Shown in pieces: positions 23,048-36,375 of a stretch of DNA of 64,000 bases (position 1 is the first letter of the stretch; every line of letters begins with the position of its first letter). Location of the stretch: contig NC_086099.1 of assembly GCF_963921235.1 (NCBI RefSeq), positions 51,088,001-51,152,000 of the forward strand, in the 5' to 3' direction. The notes under the pieces were generated by a model. The model searched no databases, had not been told where the DNA came from, and worked only from the letters and a program-made list of their open reading frames with translations. This DNA comes from Mobula hypostoma. Taxonomy: Eukaryota. The position numbers were made by a program, and so were the translations under genes.

Positions 23048-23139
23048 AGGAATTTCAAGTGGCTGTTTCATCCAGGCTTTCTACTGAGACCCCCATAATT
23101 ACAAAGGCCAGCCTACAGCTAATTTGAATCACTCCACAT

Positions 23140-23900
23140 ATTATGAAGAATGGCAAATAACACTGGCTGTGCACTCTTGACTATAGTTCTGAAGACCTAC
23201 GTGCTAGAACCAGCTGAATTTCGAGCCAAGCTGTTGCAGTACATTTTCAATACTGGTATCCACCCAACAAAATGGAAAATTATCCTGTTCACAAAAATGA
23301 AGACAAATCTAATTCAGCTAACAACCAACCTATTAGTCTGCTCTCAATCATCCATAGTAATGCAAACTGTCACTGTGACATTTACACGATGTTCATTTTG
23401 AATTTCACAAGAGTACTCAGCCCTAAACTTCATCATACTTTTGGTCCAAATGTGAATCAAAGAATTGAACACATGTTGAGAGGAACTGTCTGTGATATGA
23501 ATGTAACTTTTCACAAGTGTAGCAGCATGCATTCCTTGCAAATCTGCAGACATGGACATTCAGAGGGAAACACAAATATGGTGGCCATTTATCCTTGTAG
23601 AAGCTGGTTGCAGCTGTTGAAGGTCAATGATCCCTACAGTAACACAACTCTGTATCCTCCTCAGGCCAAATCATTTCCCACTGTTTCATCAATGGCCTTC
23701 CTTCCATAAAATAGGGTGTTATTTGCACCACACACACAACTTCCTGAAGGATTTCAAGATACTCAAACCCTCCAGCATCAGCAGAATCGTTTATGGTTCT
23801 GCTAATTGCACAATGTGAAATTAAAAAATCCTGAAGAAATGAAGCAGTACATGAAGCAATACATAAGGCAGGTTGCATTCATGACCAATAACCGTATAAT
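23140..23900 (+). mobile_element. Old CR1/L2-group LINE RT remnant
   Basis: VLKTYVLEPAEFRAKLLQYIFNTGIHPTKWKI and PVHKNEDKSNSANNQPISLLSII (decayed NYRPISLL). Confidence 0.75.
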
Positions 23901-25599
23901 GACCGTAATATCTCACCCTACATAGGCTGACATAGCAGAGGAAATGCCTTCACCTACATTTAACTGTGTTCACTCCAGACTTCTGGTGCATCAGAATAAT
24001 GTAACTAGGCATTCATACAAAAAGAAAATGTGCTTGGCTCTACTACACATTGCTGGTTTAATGTACCTTCTGGCTACGTGAAAATTGAAAAGCTAAACAC
24101 TCATTTGCAACAATGCTGTTTGTAGAACTGAATTAAACGTTTTACAGCAAATCAATAAGCAATTATAATCATTTTAAACTCTGTGCACCCCATAGGGAAG
24201 TAAATTACTAGTTAAGGCACTATTTTATCCATCAGGAAAGAAAGAAGTCGTACCCCAATCATTTTTGACTTAATTATTTTAGTCAGCCTTGATCTATTCC
24301 TTCTCCAGGATTTTATGAATGAAGTCAATCATCTTTATAACGCTTTATCCCAGACATAACATAGGTTTCATCCTCACTTTCAGTTCAAGCTAGGAAAACA
24401 TTGCCAAAACAAAAAGAATTTTGTGGATTCTGCAAACCGGAGTAGTATTCTGATTTGCATAGATGGAAGTTTTTTTGTTGGAAAGGATTTAAAGTTTAAT
24501 GTCTCTAGCTTAATGCTTTAGCAGATCATTAAAAATATAACTGCCCTGTGGAAGGAATCTTGTTTATTTTATGACCTCTGGAAAAAGAAAACATGCGTTT
24601 CTTTATACTATAGCATTCCATAAGCCTGTAATGTTATTATGGTGCAGCCAGTAGCCACAGCAACTAAATGCTGGCACAACTTTCAAAAGGTACCAGGCAC
24701 TGGCTTTCAAGAGAGAACGTGTTTTCATGTTAAAATATTTTTCTCCTAACATCTGTTCGACATTTACAGAAGTAACTTAGCTGCATCTGATTTGCCACAA
24801 TATTGACAGCAACAGCAGATACTAGGACAGCCAAATATGCAGATTTTTTATCATCTGTTTCCCTGAAGCACAATATTTTTCAGGGGCATTCAAACAATTC
24901 AGTTTAAGACAGTAACAATATACTAGGGTTTAATATTTCATTTTGTAAACAGCTAAAACAGATACACAAAATAGTCATTAAAAGGCAGAAATGAGTAACA
25001 AACAAAAATATAATTGAAACTACTATTTATTTATTATCTTGTGTGCTTAGATTGCTTTGATTAAATAATTTTGTAGGCATATGGCGAAGCCAAGGAAATG
25101 TTAGATGAAGATAACCAAAAGTAGCATATTAATAGATTGTACACCTTGATGTAATGAAAGGAGCAGCATGTTTCAAAAATGAACCAACCACTTACTTGAC
25201 AGTCTTTAAGTACCAAAGCAGCCCCACACAGATATTTATTTCAAAATTTATCAATAAACACTACAAGCTCAGCCTAGCTTTAAATGTTAAGATGGAACCT
25301 CTCATGTCACGTTAATTCCTGAAAGAAAATGTACAGTAAATGCTGCAGGAATGACTAACCCAGAAATAAATTAGTACGAAACCAGTAAAAGTGATTGTGA
25401 ACTGAACAGCTTTTTGATTTGAATAGTATTTACATATTCTAACATAAGACAAAACTAAAACAAGTGTACAGAAAGTGCTGTCATCGCTGCCTTACATCTT
25501 CTGTCTGTCATCTGCCCATCTGTACTCACTTCCTGTTCTCAGCTATACAAGTCAATCTGTTGGAGATGCAGGGAGAACTGGGCGCTCTACATCTCTCCG

Positions 25600-25920
25600 T
25601 GTCTTCAAAGTCTAGTTTATTGTCATAAGCACAGGTGCAATGAAAGGCTTGCAGCAGCATCATAGGCTCACAGCATCCTATACAAAGCACTCATAAGCAA
25701 AACATAAATTAACATAAATTATGCACAATTTTTACAAGAAAAAACAATGACACACAAGGCTAACACTGTAAGGACATTTATGATACTCTTCAATAGGCAC
25801 ATGGATGAAAGAAAAATGGAGGGTTATGGGCGATGTAGGAGGGAAAGGCAAGATTGATTAGGTTAAAAGGTCGGCACAACATTGTGCGCTGAAGGGTCCG
25901 TTCTGTGCTGTTCTGTCCCC
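25600..25920. mobile_element. Adjacent LINE tails (minus-strand L2-like tail and plus-strand CR1 tail)
   Basis: agtttattgtcat... (minus tail), then aataggcacatggatgaaagaaaaatggagggttatggg...gctgaagggtccgttctgtgctg (CR1 3' end). Confidence 0.6.
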
Positions 25921-28049
25921 AAGACTCCAGTTCTCCTTCCATTTTGTGTTTCTGACTCTGCCTTTAATCATCCCTTTTAACTTTACCCATTTTCCACACC
26001 CTTTCTTCTTTGTGAAGTATCTCACAACGTTATTGTCAGTAATATTACGTATTCCTGCTGCATGTTTTGTATAAGGAATGTTACTACACTTGGATATTGT
26101 AGGTCATATAAGAAGTTCAGAAAGATCCCCTACGTTGAACGTTGGACATATGAAGCATCTTCTCAGAATGGGCTCCTGTTGCCTACAGATATACTTTACA
26201 ACACTGTGATGAATTAATCACTGCAATCTCCATGGGCTCCTTATGACAAGGATTGCGTCCATTAGTGGTACTGGAGGGGACCATAATATAAATACCAATT
26301 AGCATATATTATAATAATGATACATTTCCATATTCTGGAATGTTCTGAAGAAGCTGAACTCTAACATGCAAGCTTGTACTGTCATCATCTTCACCATTAT
26401 TCTCTTTTCTTCAGATCTCTTCCATGAGTGAAAGAAATTACATAAAAAATTGCTTGCGAAACAGGACTTGCAATATTTTCTAATCAATGCATTGTCCTGT
26501 ATTAGTACAAGGGGGAATATAACATATACAATAAATGCCTCTTCTGCTTCTTTTACTAAAGGAATATAAATTTTCCTAAAACTCGAGGAATATATTGTTT
26601 ATGTGACATTTAATTCTAGAAACTCCAAAATGTACTCACTCTGCCTGAAAAACTTAAAGGTGGTTTTTAAGTTCGGCCTAAATTATTATTGTTATCACTT
26701 GCTGGACTTTATATTCATACTGTGCTGTTATTTTATGAGTTTGTATTGTAGGCCATAGTGCTTTATTTACCAAGAGCATGTACTGGGAAATCAGGCATGG
26801 ATGTCAGTGAGCCTAATAGGATTTTCCATGCATTTACTTTAGTTCATGAAAACGCCTGCAGAGCTAGCTACTGAGACAGAAAATCATGCAGTGCTGACTG
26901 ACCTCAATGCTCACAATATCTATTCATGGCAACTAAGCTCCATGCCAGGAGTCCAATTTCATAAAATATACTGAACTGGGTAGTAACATGCTCCAGAACT
27001 GCTAGTCATCATCAAACCATATAGTCAGATGTGAATGGGTTAACCAAAAAAGAACAAATTCAGCCAAACCAAGATAAATATTACTGCAGCTGTGCAGCTA
27101 CATTTTTCTATGTAATAATAATATACTGCAGTTTATCACCTAACCAATCAACCTGATACTATTATGTTGGTCTCAACCTCAGTTTCCTTATTGCCTGCAT
27201 TTCCTTCTACTACAGGAAGCCAGGGAAGTTGTTGGGGAGTTGAAACCATTTCCTGAACAATTTACTGAACAATCTGCAGATTTGAAATCATTGTTGTAAA
27301 CAAAAAGAGCACAGAAGAAAGCTGAACAGGGAATGTGAAGTGTCTGACCAACCGTTGTAGCCTATAGCTACATTAATCATGGCTCTCCGAGGAATCATCG
27401 AAAGCAATACAAGTGTTAGCAAAGTGACAATAAAACCATGGACCATATGTACAGAACTGAAAGTAAAAACTGAAGTAATTCTGATTTTTTAACATATTAA
27501 CATGGGAAGGTCACTGCCTTACTGCTGCTTGTGCACAGGAGGGGCGAGCTGGGGGTGGGGGAGGCTTGGGGTACTAATCTTTAACTGTCATTCATTCTCT
27601 GGGGTGCCCCTCTGTTTTCATGGATGTTTGCAAAGAAACAGAATTTCAGTATACATTTCTCTGACATTAGGTGTACCAATTGAACCTACTGAATGATTCC
27701 ACTGAGCATCATTTTTGTAAATTTTCTCATAAAATGCTCCTTCAAAATAAATTTTACATATTTTATTACCAATGCAAGATTTCCTTCTTGCATCTCCTAT
27801 AATTGATTTAGATACGAGATCTGATTTGGACACATTAATCCCGATGAAGATAAGGTAGCCAAGGACGAGCCCAAGAAACAGGGATCGATGTCTTGTGAAA
27901 CTCAATGGCAAGACAATGCTTTTTCCAACAAAGCTTTCTTCATTTTTTTTAGTCTGGTAGCTGAACATCCTATTGGACAGGGCTAGACAAAGTCTCAGGC
28001 ACAGCTGGTTTTTTCCTTTTGCTACCCTATTCCTTGTCACAATCATTAT

Positions 28050-28345
28050 CCAGTACCACTTACACTCACAGTGATGAAGTGCTTTGAGAGGTTGGTGATA
28101 AAACAACAAATGCTGCCTGATCCACTTCAATTTGCCTCAGGTCAAAACAGGTCAAAGCAGATGACATTTCCTTGGCTCTTCACTAAAACCTGGAACATCT
28201 GGACAATGAAAATGCTTACATCAGCATGTTCCTCATTGACTACAGCTCAGCACTCAATACTATCATCTCTCAAAACTAAGCAATCAGCTTCAAGACCTTG
28301 GCCACAATACCTCCTTGTGCAAGAGGATCCTCGATTTTCTCACTT
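28050..28345 (+). mobile_element. L2/Rex-like RT remnant
   Basis: VMKCFERLV, PDPLQFA and EHLDNENAYISMFLIDYSSALNTII across frameshifts. Confidence 0.75.
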
Positions 28346-28494
28346 ACATTTGCAATAAAATGAGTTACTGGGCAAAAGTGACAATTGCATCTATTGAATG
28401 TTTGCACAAGTAATACATTAATACAGCACCTTGTTAAATGTATAAAACATGTCTGCATCAGTGTTATCTAGTATTTCCATACAATATTACATTA

Positions 28495-28797
28495 GGCTGT
28501 TACACATCTATTGTCAGATATTGTTGTGGTGTTGGAAGTTGTGTTCACGAAAACAATGAAATGCCGCGCTGCTGCCACCATTTGTTCCGGCACGTCATGA
28601 CAGCGGTTTTAAAATTAGCCTGTTACCCCGTACACACTACAATGCCCAACCGGCGTTTTCAGATTTAAACACGCTGGAGAGCGTTTTGGAAATCTCTGTT
28701 TTTGGGGGAGGAAAACGCCGTTTCAGTGTGGACAGAGGGTCAAAACGAAGAGAAAAGTCTTGGTTACGGATTTATCCAGTCTAGTGTGGACATAGCC
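28495..28797. mobile_element. Probable PIF/Harbinger-type MITE
   Basis: Right end revcomp GGCTATGTCCACACTAG; degenerate left end GGCTGTTACACAT; TTA on both sides (28492-94 and 28798-800). CpG-rich interior with aaaacgccgtttcagtgtggac. Confidence 0.55.
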
Positions 28798-28829
28798 TTA
28801 GTTACAGTTGCGTCATACTTCCAGAAATT

Positions 28830-29400
28830 CCAGTCATTGCTGCTCTGCCATCATCCCTGGCCAACCTCTCTCTCAAGCCTCTCTAATTCCCTTTACTCCA
28901 CTATAATATCGATACTTCTGACTTTAGACTCTTCTTCTCAAATTTCAGGGTGAATTTGATCTTACTATGATTACTTACCCCTAAGGGTTATTTTACCTTA
29001 AGCTTTCTAATCAATTTTGGTTCATGTAAAACACCCACTGCAGAATAGCTGATCCCCTAGTGGGCCCAACCATGAGCTGTTTTTAAAAGCACTCTAGAAA
29101 ATCCCCCTGCTGGAATCCAGCATCAATCTGTTTTTCCCAAACTACCCGCACGTTGAATTTCCCCGTGACTACTGTAATTTTTGGCATTCATTTCGATCTC
29201 CCATTGTAATTTGTAGACCACATCCTTACCACTGTTTGGGGGTGTGTATATAACTCCCATCAGGGTCTTTTTACCCTCGCAGTTCCTTAGCTCTATCCAC
29301 AATGATTCACCATCTTCCAGCCCCACGGTTCCTCTTTGTTCCATTTTTACAAACAGAGCAATGCCACCCCTTCTGCCTTCCTGCCTGCCCTTTCGATTAA
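28830..29400 (-). mobile_element. CR1 endonuclease-domain fragment
   Basis: RKGRQEGRRGGIALFVK...ESLWIELRNCEGKKTLMGVIYTPPNS. Confidence 0.85.
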
Positions 29401-29444
29401 CATGTACTTTGATAATAAATTTACTTTGAACTTTGAACCAGAAA

Positions 29445-30075
29445 GACAGACATTGATAAAGAAATTCACCATTATCTAGCACAGCTCTCACAGGCTAACA
29501 AAAATGCATTTGAAGATGAAGGCCTCAGATCTGAAACAAAGTTCATATTGTGCCAGGCAGTTGTGATCTTCTCGTACCAGCTTCTCAGACTCGCGAAAAA
29601 CATTCCACTGCACTGGAAGTATATCATCGATGTAGTTTATACAAAAATCCTCCAGTTATGCTCCGCCAGTTACACAGAGAAGGTCATATCATTTGCACAC
29701 CTGATACCAGACTACCAAAACCAAGGCTTTATTCTAAGGTCTATGGTGGGACTAAGTTACCTGTGAAGAGAGGGGAAAAAATTCAAGGATGTGCTCAAAA
29801 CTTGCTAGAGCACGTGCAACATTCCCAATTACAAAACCTCTGACCCTGGGTTAATCAAAGTGGAGGAGCAACGTTAAGGGCAGTTTTGAGAACCTTAAGT
29901 CCACGCAGGAAAACATATTAAAGGAGTCTTAAATTGATGACAGAAGGAGTGAAACACTTCTCAAACTACCCAGCGCCAGCACAATCAGTTATTCCCTCAT
30001 CCGAGGAAGGGCCAGTTCGGAACTCCTAAACAGAGTGAGAGCACATCATCTGCAATCCAGAGGGACTTTCTATTG
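29445..30075 (+). mobile_element. Degenerate RTE-clade LINE 3' part
   Basis: FEDEGLRSETKFILCQAVVI, LEVYHRCSLYK, PDTRLPKPRLY and terminal catcatctgcaatccagagggact. Confidence 0.6.
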
Positions 30076-30699
30076 TAAGAGGACTGTCCTTACTTCTCAC
30101 AATTACACCACGGAGCACTATGATCTACGGCACAGGTCACAGCTCAATATCATTTAATGACAGAAAGGTTGGCAGGGAAGAAAGACGTTCTTTGTATAGA
30201 AGTCCTTAACCACTCAAACCTAAACTGGGACTGTCGTTAGTGTGACACTGTGGGGGATTGTTAATATCAAGATCACTGCCTCTTTTACATGATGTGTGAC
30301 AGTTCTCTTTTTAGAAGATAAATTCCATTTTCCCACAAGGTACATCAAAGAAACTGAATACCCATGGACAAGAAATTATCTTGGCCCTTAGACTTCCAAT
30401 TAGGCCCAACACCAAAGCTTGCAGCTCATTAATCCTTAATACTGACACGTGGGCAAGCGAAGTAAACATAAGATCAAAAGAAGCCCCCACAGGTTCAAAA
30501 GTTCCAACATCAACTTTTATCAAACTGGATTCAAATACTGTCAGAGCAACTTGAGGATCAAGTATTTAAATTCTTTGGTAGTTTTTCATGAATCGGGACA
30601 TGAGAGGGTGTTTGACCCTAATGATCTTTCCAAAGGCATACTACATGAATAACAAAATGAACATTAAAGAAGTTGAAAATGTTTGAAGCCTGAATAAAA

Positions 30700-31240
30700 A
30701 AAAACCCACTGGAAATACCCAATAAGTCAGGTGGCAGCTCAGGAAAGAGAACAAGAAGTGAGTACTGTATATTGGGTCATGGTCTCTGATAGAACTGAGA
30801 GAGAAAGAAAACAAGTAAGTTTTCAGCAGCAGAGAAAGTGGAGGAGGAATGGATTGAATGAAGAAATGCTTCTTGTAGGTTGAGACCAGATTATTTAACA
30901 TTTTTGATGAAAACTTATCATGCTTCTTTATCAGGATAATGTACAATTATTCACGAGACTGTGGGACATGCCGAGCAGGGCCGACTATTCTAATGGAAAC
31001 AGCAGAAGTGAGCCAGAATGATGACTGACACACAATACAGAGTAAAGAGCAAAATGGGCTTCAAACAGTTGCAATGACATGTTTTGTCTCAGAAATTCCC
31101 TTCTCTGCTACTGAAACTAACTTGCTTTGCTCATTTTCTCCAGTACTGGTAAAAAGGTCCAGGTCCTGAAACATTTATTCTTTCCCTTTCCATAGATGCT
31201 TCCTGATTTGCTGCGTGATTCTAGTGATTTTATTTTTACA
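30700..31240. mobile_element. Old Penelope-type pLTR remnants in inverted arrangement
   Basis: Minus copy at ~30700-30860 (ctggaaatacccaataagtcaggtggcagc) and plus copy at ~31130-31240 (cctgaaacatttattc...catagatgcttcctgatttgctg). Confidence 0.5.
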
Positions 31241-32829
31241 ACCTGAAAAGTACCTTCCTATCCAGCTGATAACCAGGGCCACTGCACTAGTGCTGTACAG
31301 AACTGTAAAGTATCTTTGGAAACAGTTACCAGGCCATGTAATATTGAGGTCCCCCTTACACAGATGTACAATGTAAAGGGGAGGGGGTCCTACTGTATCA
31401 GATGTTATTATGTTTTTCCCAATCAAAAGGGACAAGTATAGAATCTAGAAATTACATGGATGCCCTGAATTCAAAAGGGAAAGGGGACCATGGATCGGCG
31501 AAAGGATTAGAAAGGAAAATGGAGGGCTACGTAGCAGGGAAGCATTAGACTGATCTTAAGAGTAGGTTAAAGGATCAGCAGAACATGATGGGCTGAAGGG
31601 CCTGCACTGTACTGTAATGTTTTATGGCCTATGGTATTTCTCCATACCATGAAAAATGAACTAAGATTTCTGTGGTCTCTTTCCAATGGGAAAAAATATA
31701 CTACATCAAGCTTGTCTTAAATATGTAGCCAGCTTTCGAAGTGGAACAAACCTGGATCAATGTTATGAGACCAGTGACTCCACAGCACTACCCACAAACA
31801 ATAAAACTAGATGCTGTCATCAATATTTACTGAACCAAAACCAGTCCAAATCAGAATTATCAAAGAAGTCTTTACCAACAAGGAAAAATTACATTAAACT
31901 TGAAGGGAGTTAATAAAACTTCAGAAGGAATTTCACTCCACAATAATCCTTTCCTTCTGGCAGGGCGATCCCCAGTGGTTTTAATATATTGGGTCCCAAA
32001 TCTACCGTTTCCTCCACGCTCAGGCAGAGAATGAGGAGTGGTTATCCAACAGGCCCGATTACCACCAACAATATATGTTGTGCATTTTTATTTCCTTGCT
32101 AGCTAGAATCTTCCTCCAATACTATAAAAGAATATATGGGACTGCCCAAGCCTTTTTTTTCCCTCTCCTCCATGTTTTATAGGGATTAACCTCATAGAGG
32201 TCCATTTCCTCGTCCATGAAAATATTTCTAACATAAGGATTTTAGTGAAATATCCCACAAATAGAATCACAGCAATCCAGTACAATGATTTCCAGGTACT
32301 CCAGAAAATAATTTCCATTTCATTCAATGTCAAGAAATGTCAAGAAAATCTGTCAAGATTAATTCAGGCCTGCAGTTTTTCTAACATCTCCAGTTCACAA
32401 TGTAATTTCACCCATGGTTATTTAAAAATATACTAAGTTATCCATCAAGTAGTAATCACACTTAAAAGCTTGATTTCTACAAACAAATGAGAAAAAGTGA
32501 AGAAGCCTCTTTGCTACTTAGACATTCAAGAGAACATACCGTACACTTCATTTGTAATGAACGTAAAAGTGAAATATGGTTGGTTATATTCTGGATGGCT
32601 TTGCCTTCTTCCAGTTTGCTCCTGTACTAACACTTCCTGTCCAAGAAAAGCAGAGAATTAGAACTGTCTTCTTGTTGTCACTAGACGTACTGTCAACGGG
32701 TACCTGACAATCTCTGCAGCACAATTTGTGGAGCATTTGTAACAAGTAGATCTGCAGGGAGCAGCTTCCAACAAGTTGCCCATCTCTGGCACCATTTTGG
32801 TCTGAGCTTCTGCACTAACTTCAGCTACA

Positions 32830-33716
32830 AGTCTGCAGATGATAATGGGCTACGTCTCAAATAATGACAAGTCACAGTAAGGAAGGCAAACGAGTGCTTC
32901 ATGATGTCACATCATGTCATGACAACATCCTTTCTCTCAATCTCACAAAAGGAACTGGTCATTAACTTCAAAAGGGGTGAGGGGGGGTATACCTGCTTCT
33001 GTCTACATCAATGATGTGAGGTTCAGAGCTTCAAGTTCCTAGGTGTGAACATCACCAATAGCCTACACTGATCCAACCACATTGGTATCATGGCCAAAAA
33101 ACCTCTCCAATGCCATACCTCCTCAGGAGAAGAAAGAAATCTGACATGTCCCTGTTGATTCTTACAAATTTTTATCAATGCACCATTGAAAGCATTCTGT
33201 CTCAATGGTTGGTATGGCAACTGCATTGCATCTGACTACACAAAACTGTCGAGAGCTGTGGACACATCCTAGCACATCACAGGAACCAGCTTCCTCTCTA
33301 TAAACTGTCTATACTTCTCGCTGCTTTGGTAAATCAGGCAACATAATTAAAGACCCCACCTATCCTAGACGTTAGCTTTTATCTCTTTTCCTATTGGGCA
33401 AAAGATTTTAAAAAGAGTGGAAGTATGTACCAGCAGGGTCAAGAACAGCTCCCATCCCAGTTATTGTTCTTGAATAGACTTCTTATCTGACAAATTGGAT
33501 TCTTGACCTCACAATCTACTTTGTTATGATTTGCACTTTACCTAACTGCACTGCAGATCGTTGGTAACTTTGACACTTCATTCTGCATTGTTATTGATTT
33601 ACAGTACTTTATTCTAGATCAATGCACTGTGTAATGATTTGATCTGAATAAATGGTATGCAAGACAAGCTTTACACTGTATCTTGCTACGTGTGACAATA
33701 ATAAACCAATGCCAAT
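32830..33716 (+). mobile_element. L2/Rex-like LINE 3' part with UTR (same family as 51165-51455)
   Basis: SFKFLGVNITNSL and NFYQCTIESIL...WYGNC; UTR cacaatctac.ttgttatgat...gtgacaataataaacc. Confidence 0.8.
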
Positions 33717-35769
33717 TTATGGATTTGTAAGTCACATGACTGATTCTAATAAACTAAGGTGATCAAGATGTTCTAATTCACAAATAATCAAGACCCATCC
33801 AAGTTTGCATAGTAGAATGAATTCTCTCAGCTTTTCAGCAGCCTCTCCCGGTAATGTCACACGACTCTGCTGGAGAAGGATTGTAGAAGATCCTAGGTTT
33901 TATATAGCCACCTGTCAACACTCATGCCAAAATGTTTGGAACATAATACATGTGAAATTAAGCACGGTGCAAGGAAGTGGGATACCAATACCTACTACAC
34001 TCACACTAAAGAGGATAAATACCACACCTACTGTCCCTGCTTTTGACAGTGAATTTGGAAAATCTAGGAATTTACTGCTTCTTTACATGTTGCTTTTACA
34101 TACTGCTTCTTTACTTCTTCTGACTAGCAAAAAAAATTACTAGTCTGCAAGGTCATGAGAAAATCCCAGAGAATGCAGCAACCCAGTTTAAACAAGTCCA
34201 GATATCATTTGCAGCCTTCTTTTCATTTACTAAAAGGTCATGAAATTCATGCCAGGATGAATACTGATCCCTATTGTTTGAAGCAGCCGCTCTGTAAACA
34301 TAAAACAGCAAGCAAACATAAAAATATAGCAAATACTGATCAATCTGAGCCATAAATAATTACTGGTGAGGAGAAACGATATTGAGAGGCTGATGATACT
34401 ACTGAGCGATCTCACGTACTGTAGTTAGCAGCATAGAATTATTTTACAAAACTTAGTTCCCTATTTATAATCAAAGAATAATGAAACCAGGCAGACCAAA
34501 TTCTAAGTCAGCCTATCTGTTAGTATTGACTGAGTTCATCACAATCCAAAAGGTTCAGTAGTGTCCAGAGTAAGGACTGAAACACTGAAAAAGGACCATT
34601 CCCTGTTCAGCATCAAGAAACCTCTGCAAAAACATGCAAAGATAGCAAGAAATTATAACTTTCTCATGCTCAGCTTATCCCAAAGAGCTCTGTCAAGCAC
34701 TTCACTATAAGGAGGTCCAGTCACAATTGTTACAAAGCAGTTATTTTCTATTCAGAGTTGTCCCATGAACAGTAATGTCATGAATGAAAACTTAGTTGAG
34801 AGTTAAACTCTCATGGAAAATTGTCCAGCTTTATCTGCACTGAGCTATTTGTCATCATCTGAAGGGCAGGTACAGCAGCAGTTTAACATTTCCTCTTTCT
34901 AGCACCCTCAACCTTCTATCTGCCTTTGCAAGCCCTGCGATGGAAATCAGAGCATCCTGATTCAATGAGGGCTAGTGTAATGACATTATTGTATTAGATT
35001 AAAACAGTACATAACTTCATTCCAATAGTCTCTACTTATGGAAAATCTGCTATGAATTGTCAGTGAGGTGAGCTATTTGACATCAATGTAAATGGAAAAC
35101 TCATTTCCAAAGGAAAAGGGAAGTGTTGTTGCAAGATCTGCAGGATCAGATAAAAGACAAATATTCAGCCTGGAGATTAAGAATGGTTGATAAAATATTG
35201 TGCAAACTTACATGACGGTAAACAGAATTAAACCAATGATCTTTTATTGGAGTGAGAAGGTTTCATTCAATTTAGCAGAAAATGGCAGATAAATGTGGCC
35301 AGGCCGCATCTTTGGAGGCAACAGGGTCTCAAAACTATGATACATAGTTCTATTTTGCTCCAGATTACAATACCTGCAATCTCATGAATCCAATATGTGC
35401 CCAAATCATTTATAAAAAACAAAACTACTAAGTTAAAAAAATTGATCCAAGCAAAATTAATATATTACATACAAGCAAACACTTATCATTCAACATCGAT
35501 GAAAAACAAAAGGTGCAACTTAGAAAAAAAAGGAACATTATGAAAGCATATTTTCTCAAAAACTTCAACAAAACAAAGCAGCAAATCCATCTTTTTTGAT
35601 CACATCCCTATCAGCCAAGCTGCATAATTATTCTGATGTCCATGCTTGCACTAAAGAGTTTTTAAAACGTATCACTACACAGCTGGTGAAATGATGGGCA
35701 GAGAGATCATTTCATACAACTGAAATATGAAAGGTCTTCCTGGGTGCCTCTGGGCGACCCCAGATTGCC

Positions 35770-36375
35770 CAGCCAAATCTATATCTGTGGAACAACAGCT
35801 GGACAAATCGAGACTTCTCCCCACTGAACCTATCATTCAATTTTAGCTCTACCCTCATTCCAACTATTTCAGTCCATCTGTCACTGAAATGTTCAGCTAT
35901 GCCTTTGTTACGCTTAGCGTAACTGTTCTAATCCTCTCCCAGCAAGCTCCTGTCCTCCCAACAATTAATCTATTATTAATCTGCCCTTTCCTGTGCTAAA
36001 CAGTTCCAGTGGCCAATCTTCATCATCTCACTGACCTGCAATTGCTCCTGGTCCCTCAATTACAGATCTAGAGTACTATCATTTCTTCCATCTCTACTAC
36101 CCTTCGTCAAATTTAGCTGCTCTTGCAAATATCCCACTCGTCAACTCTCTTCAATGGATCATCTAGCCATTGACACAACACTATTAGTCATTCCCAAACA
36201 TACCTGGACTCCGTGCTCTATTAAACCCTTCTGGCTCTCAACCTACTATCACTTCTTAAAACGCACCTCTGACCAACCATTCGATCAAACTCCTGATTTT
36301 GCACTTGCTCAGTGATCAATAATTCCTTAGTATCTGAGAGGCACCTTGGGATAGTTTTCGTCATTCTTCAATAAA
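35770..36375 (+). mobile_element. Very old L2-type LINE 3' remnant
   Basis: Pyrimidine-rich decayed sequence with L2-like blocks (ctatgcctttgttac, catcatctcactgacctgcaattgctcctggtccc, cttcttaaaacgcacctctgaccaa). Confidence 0.45.
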
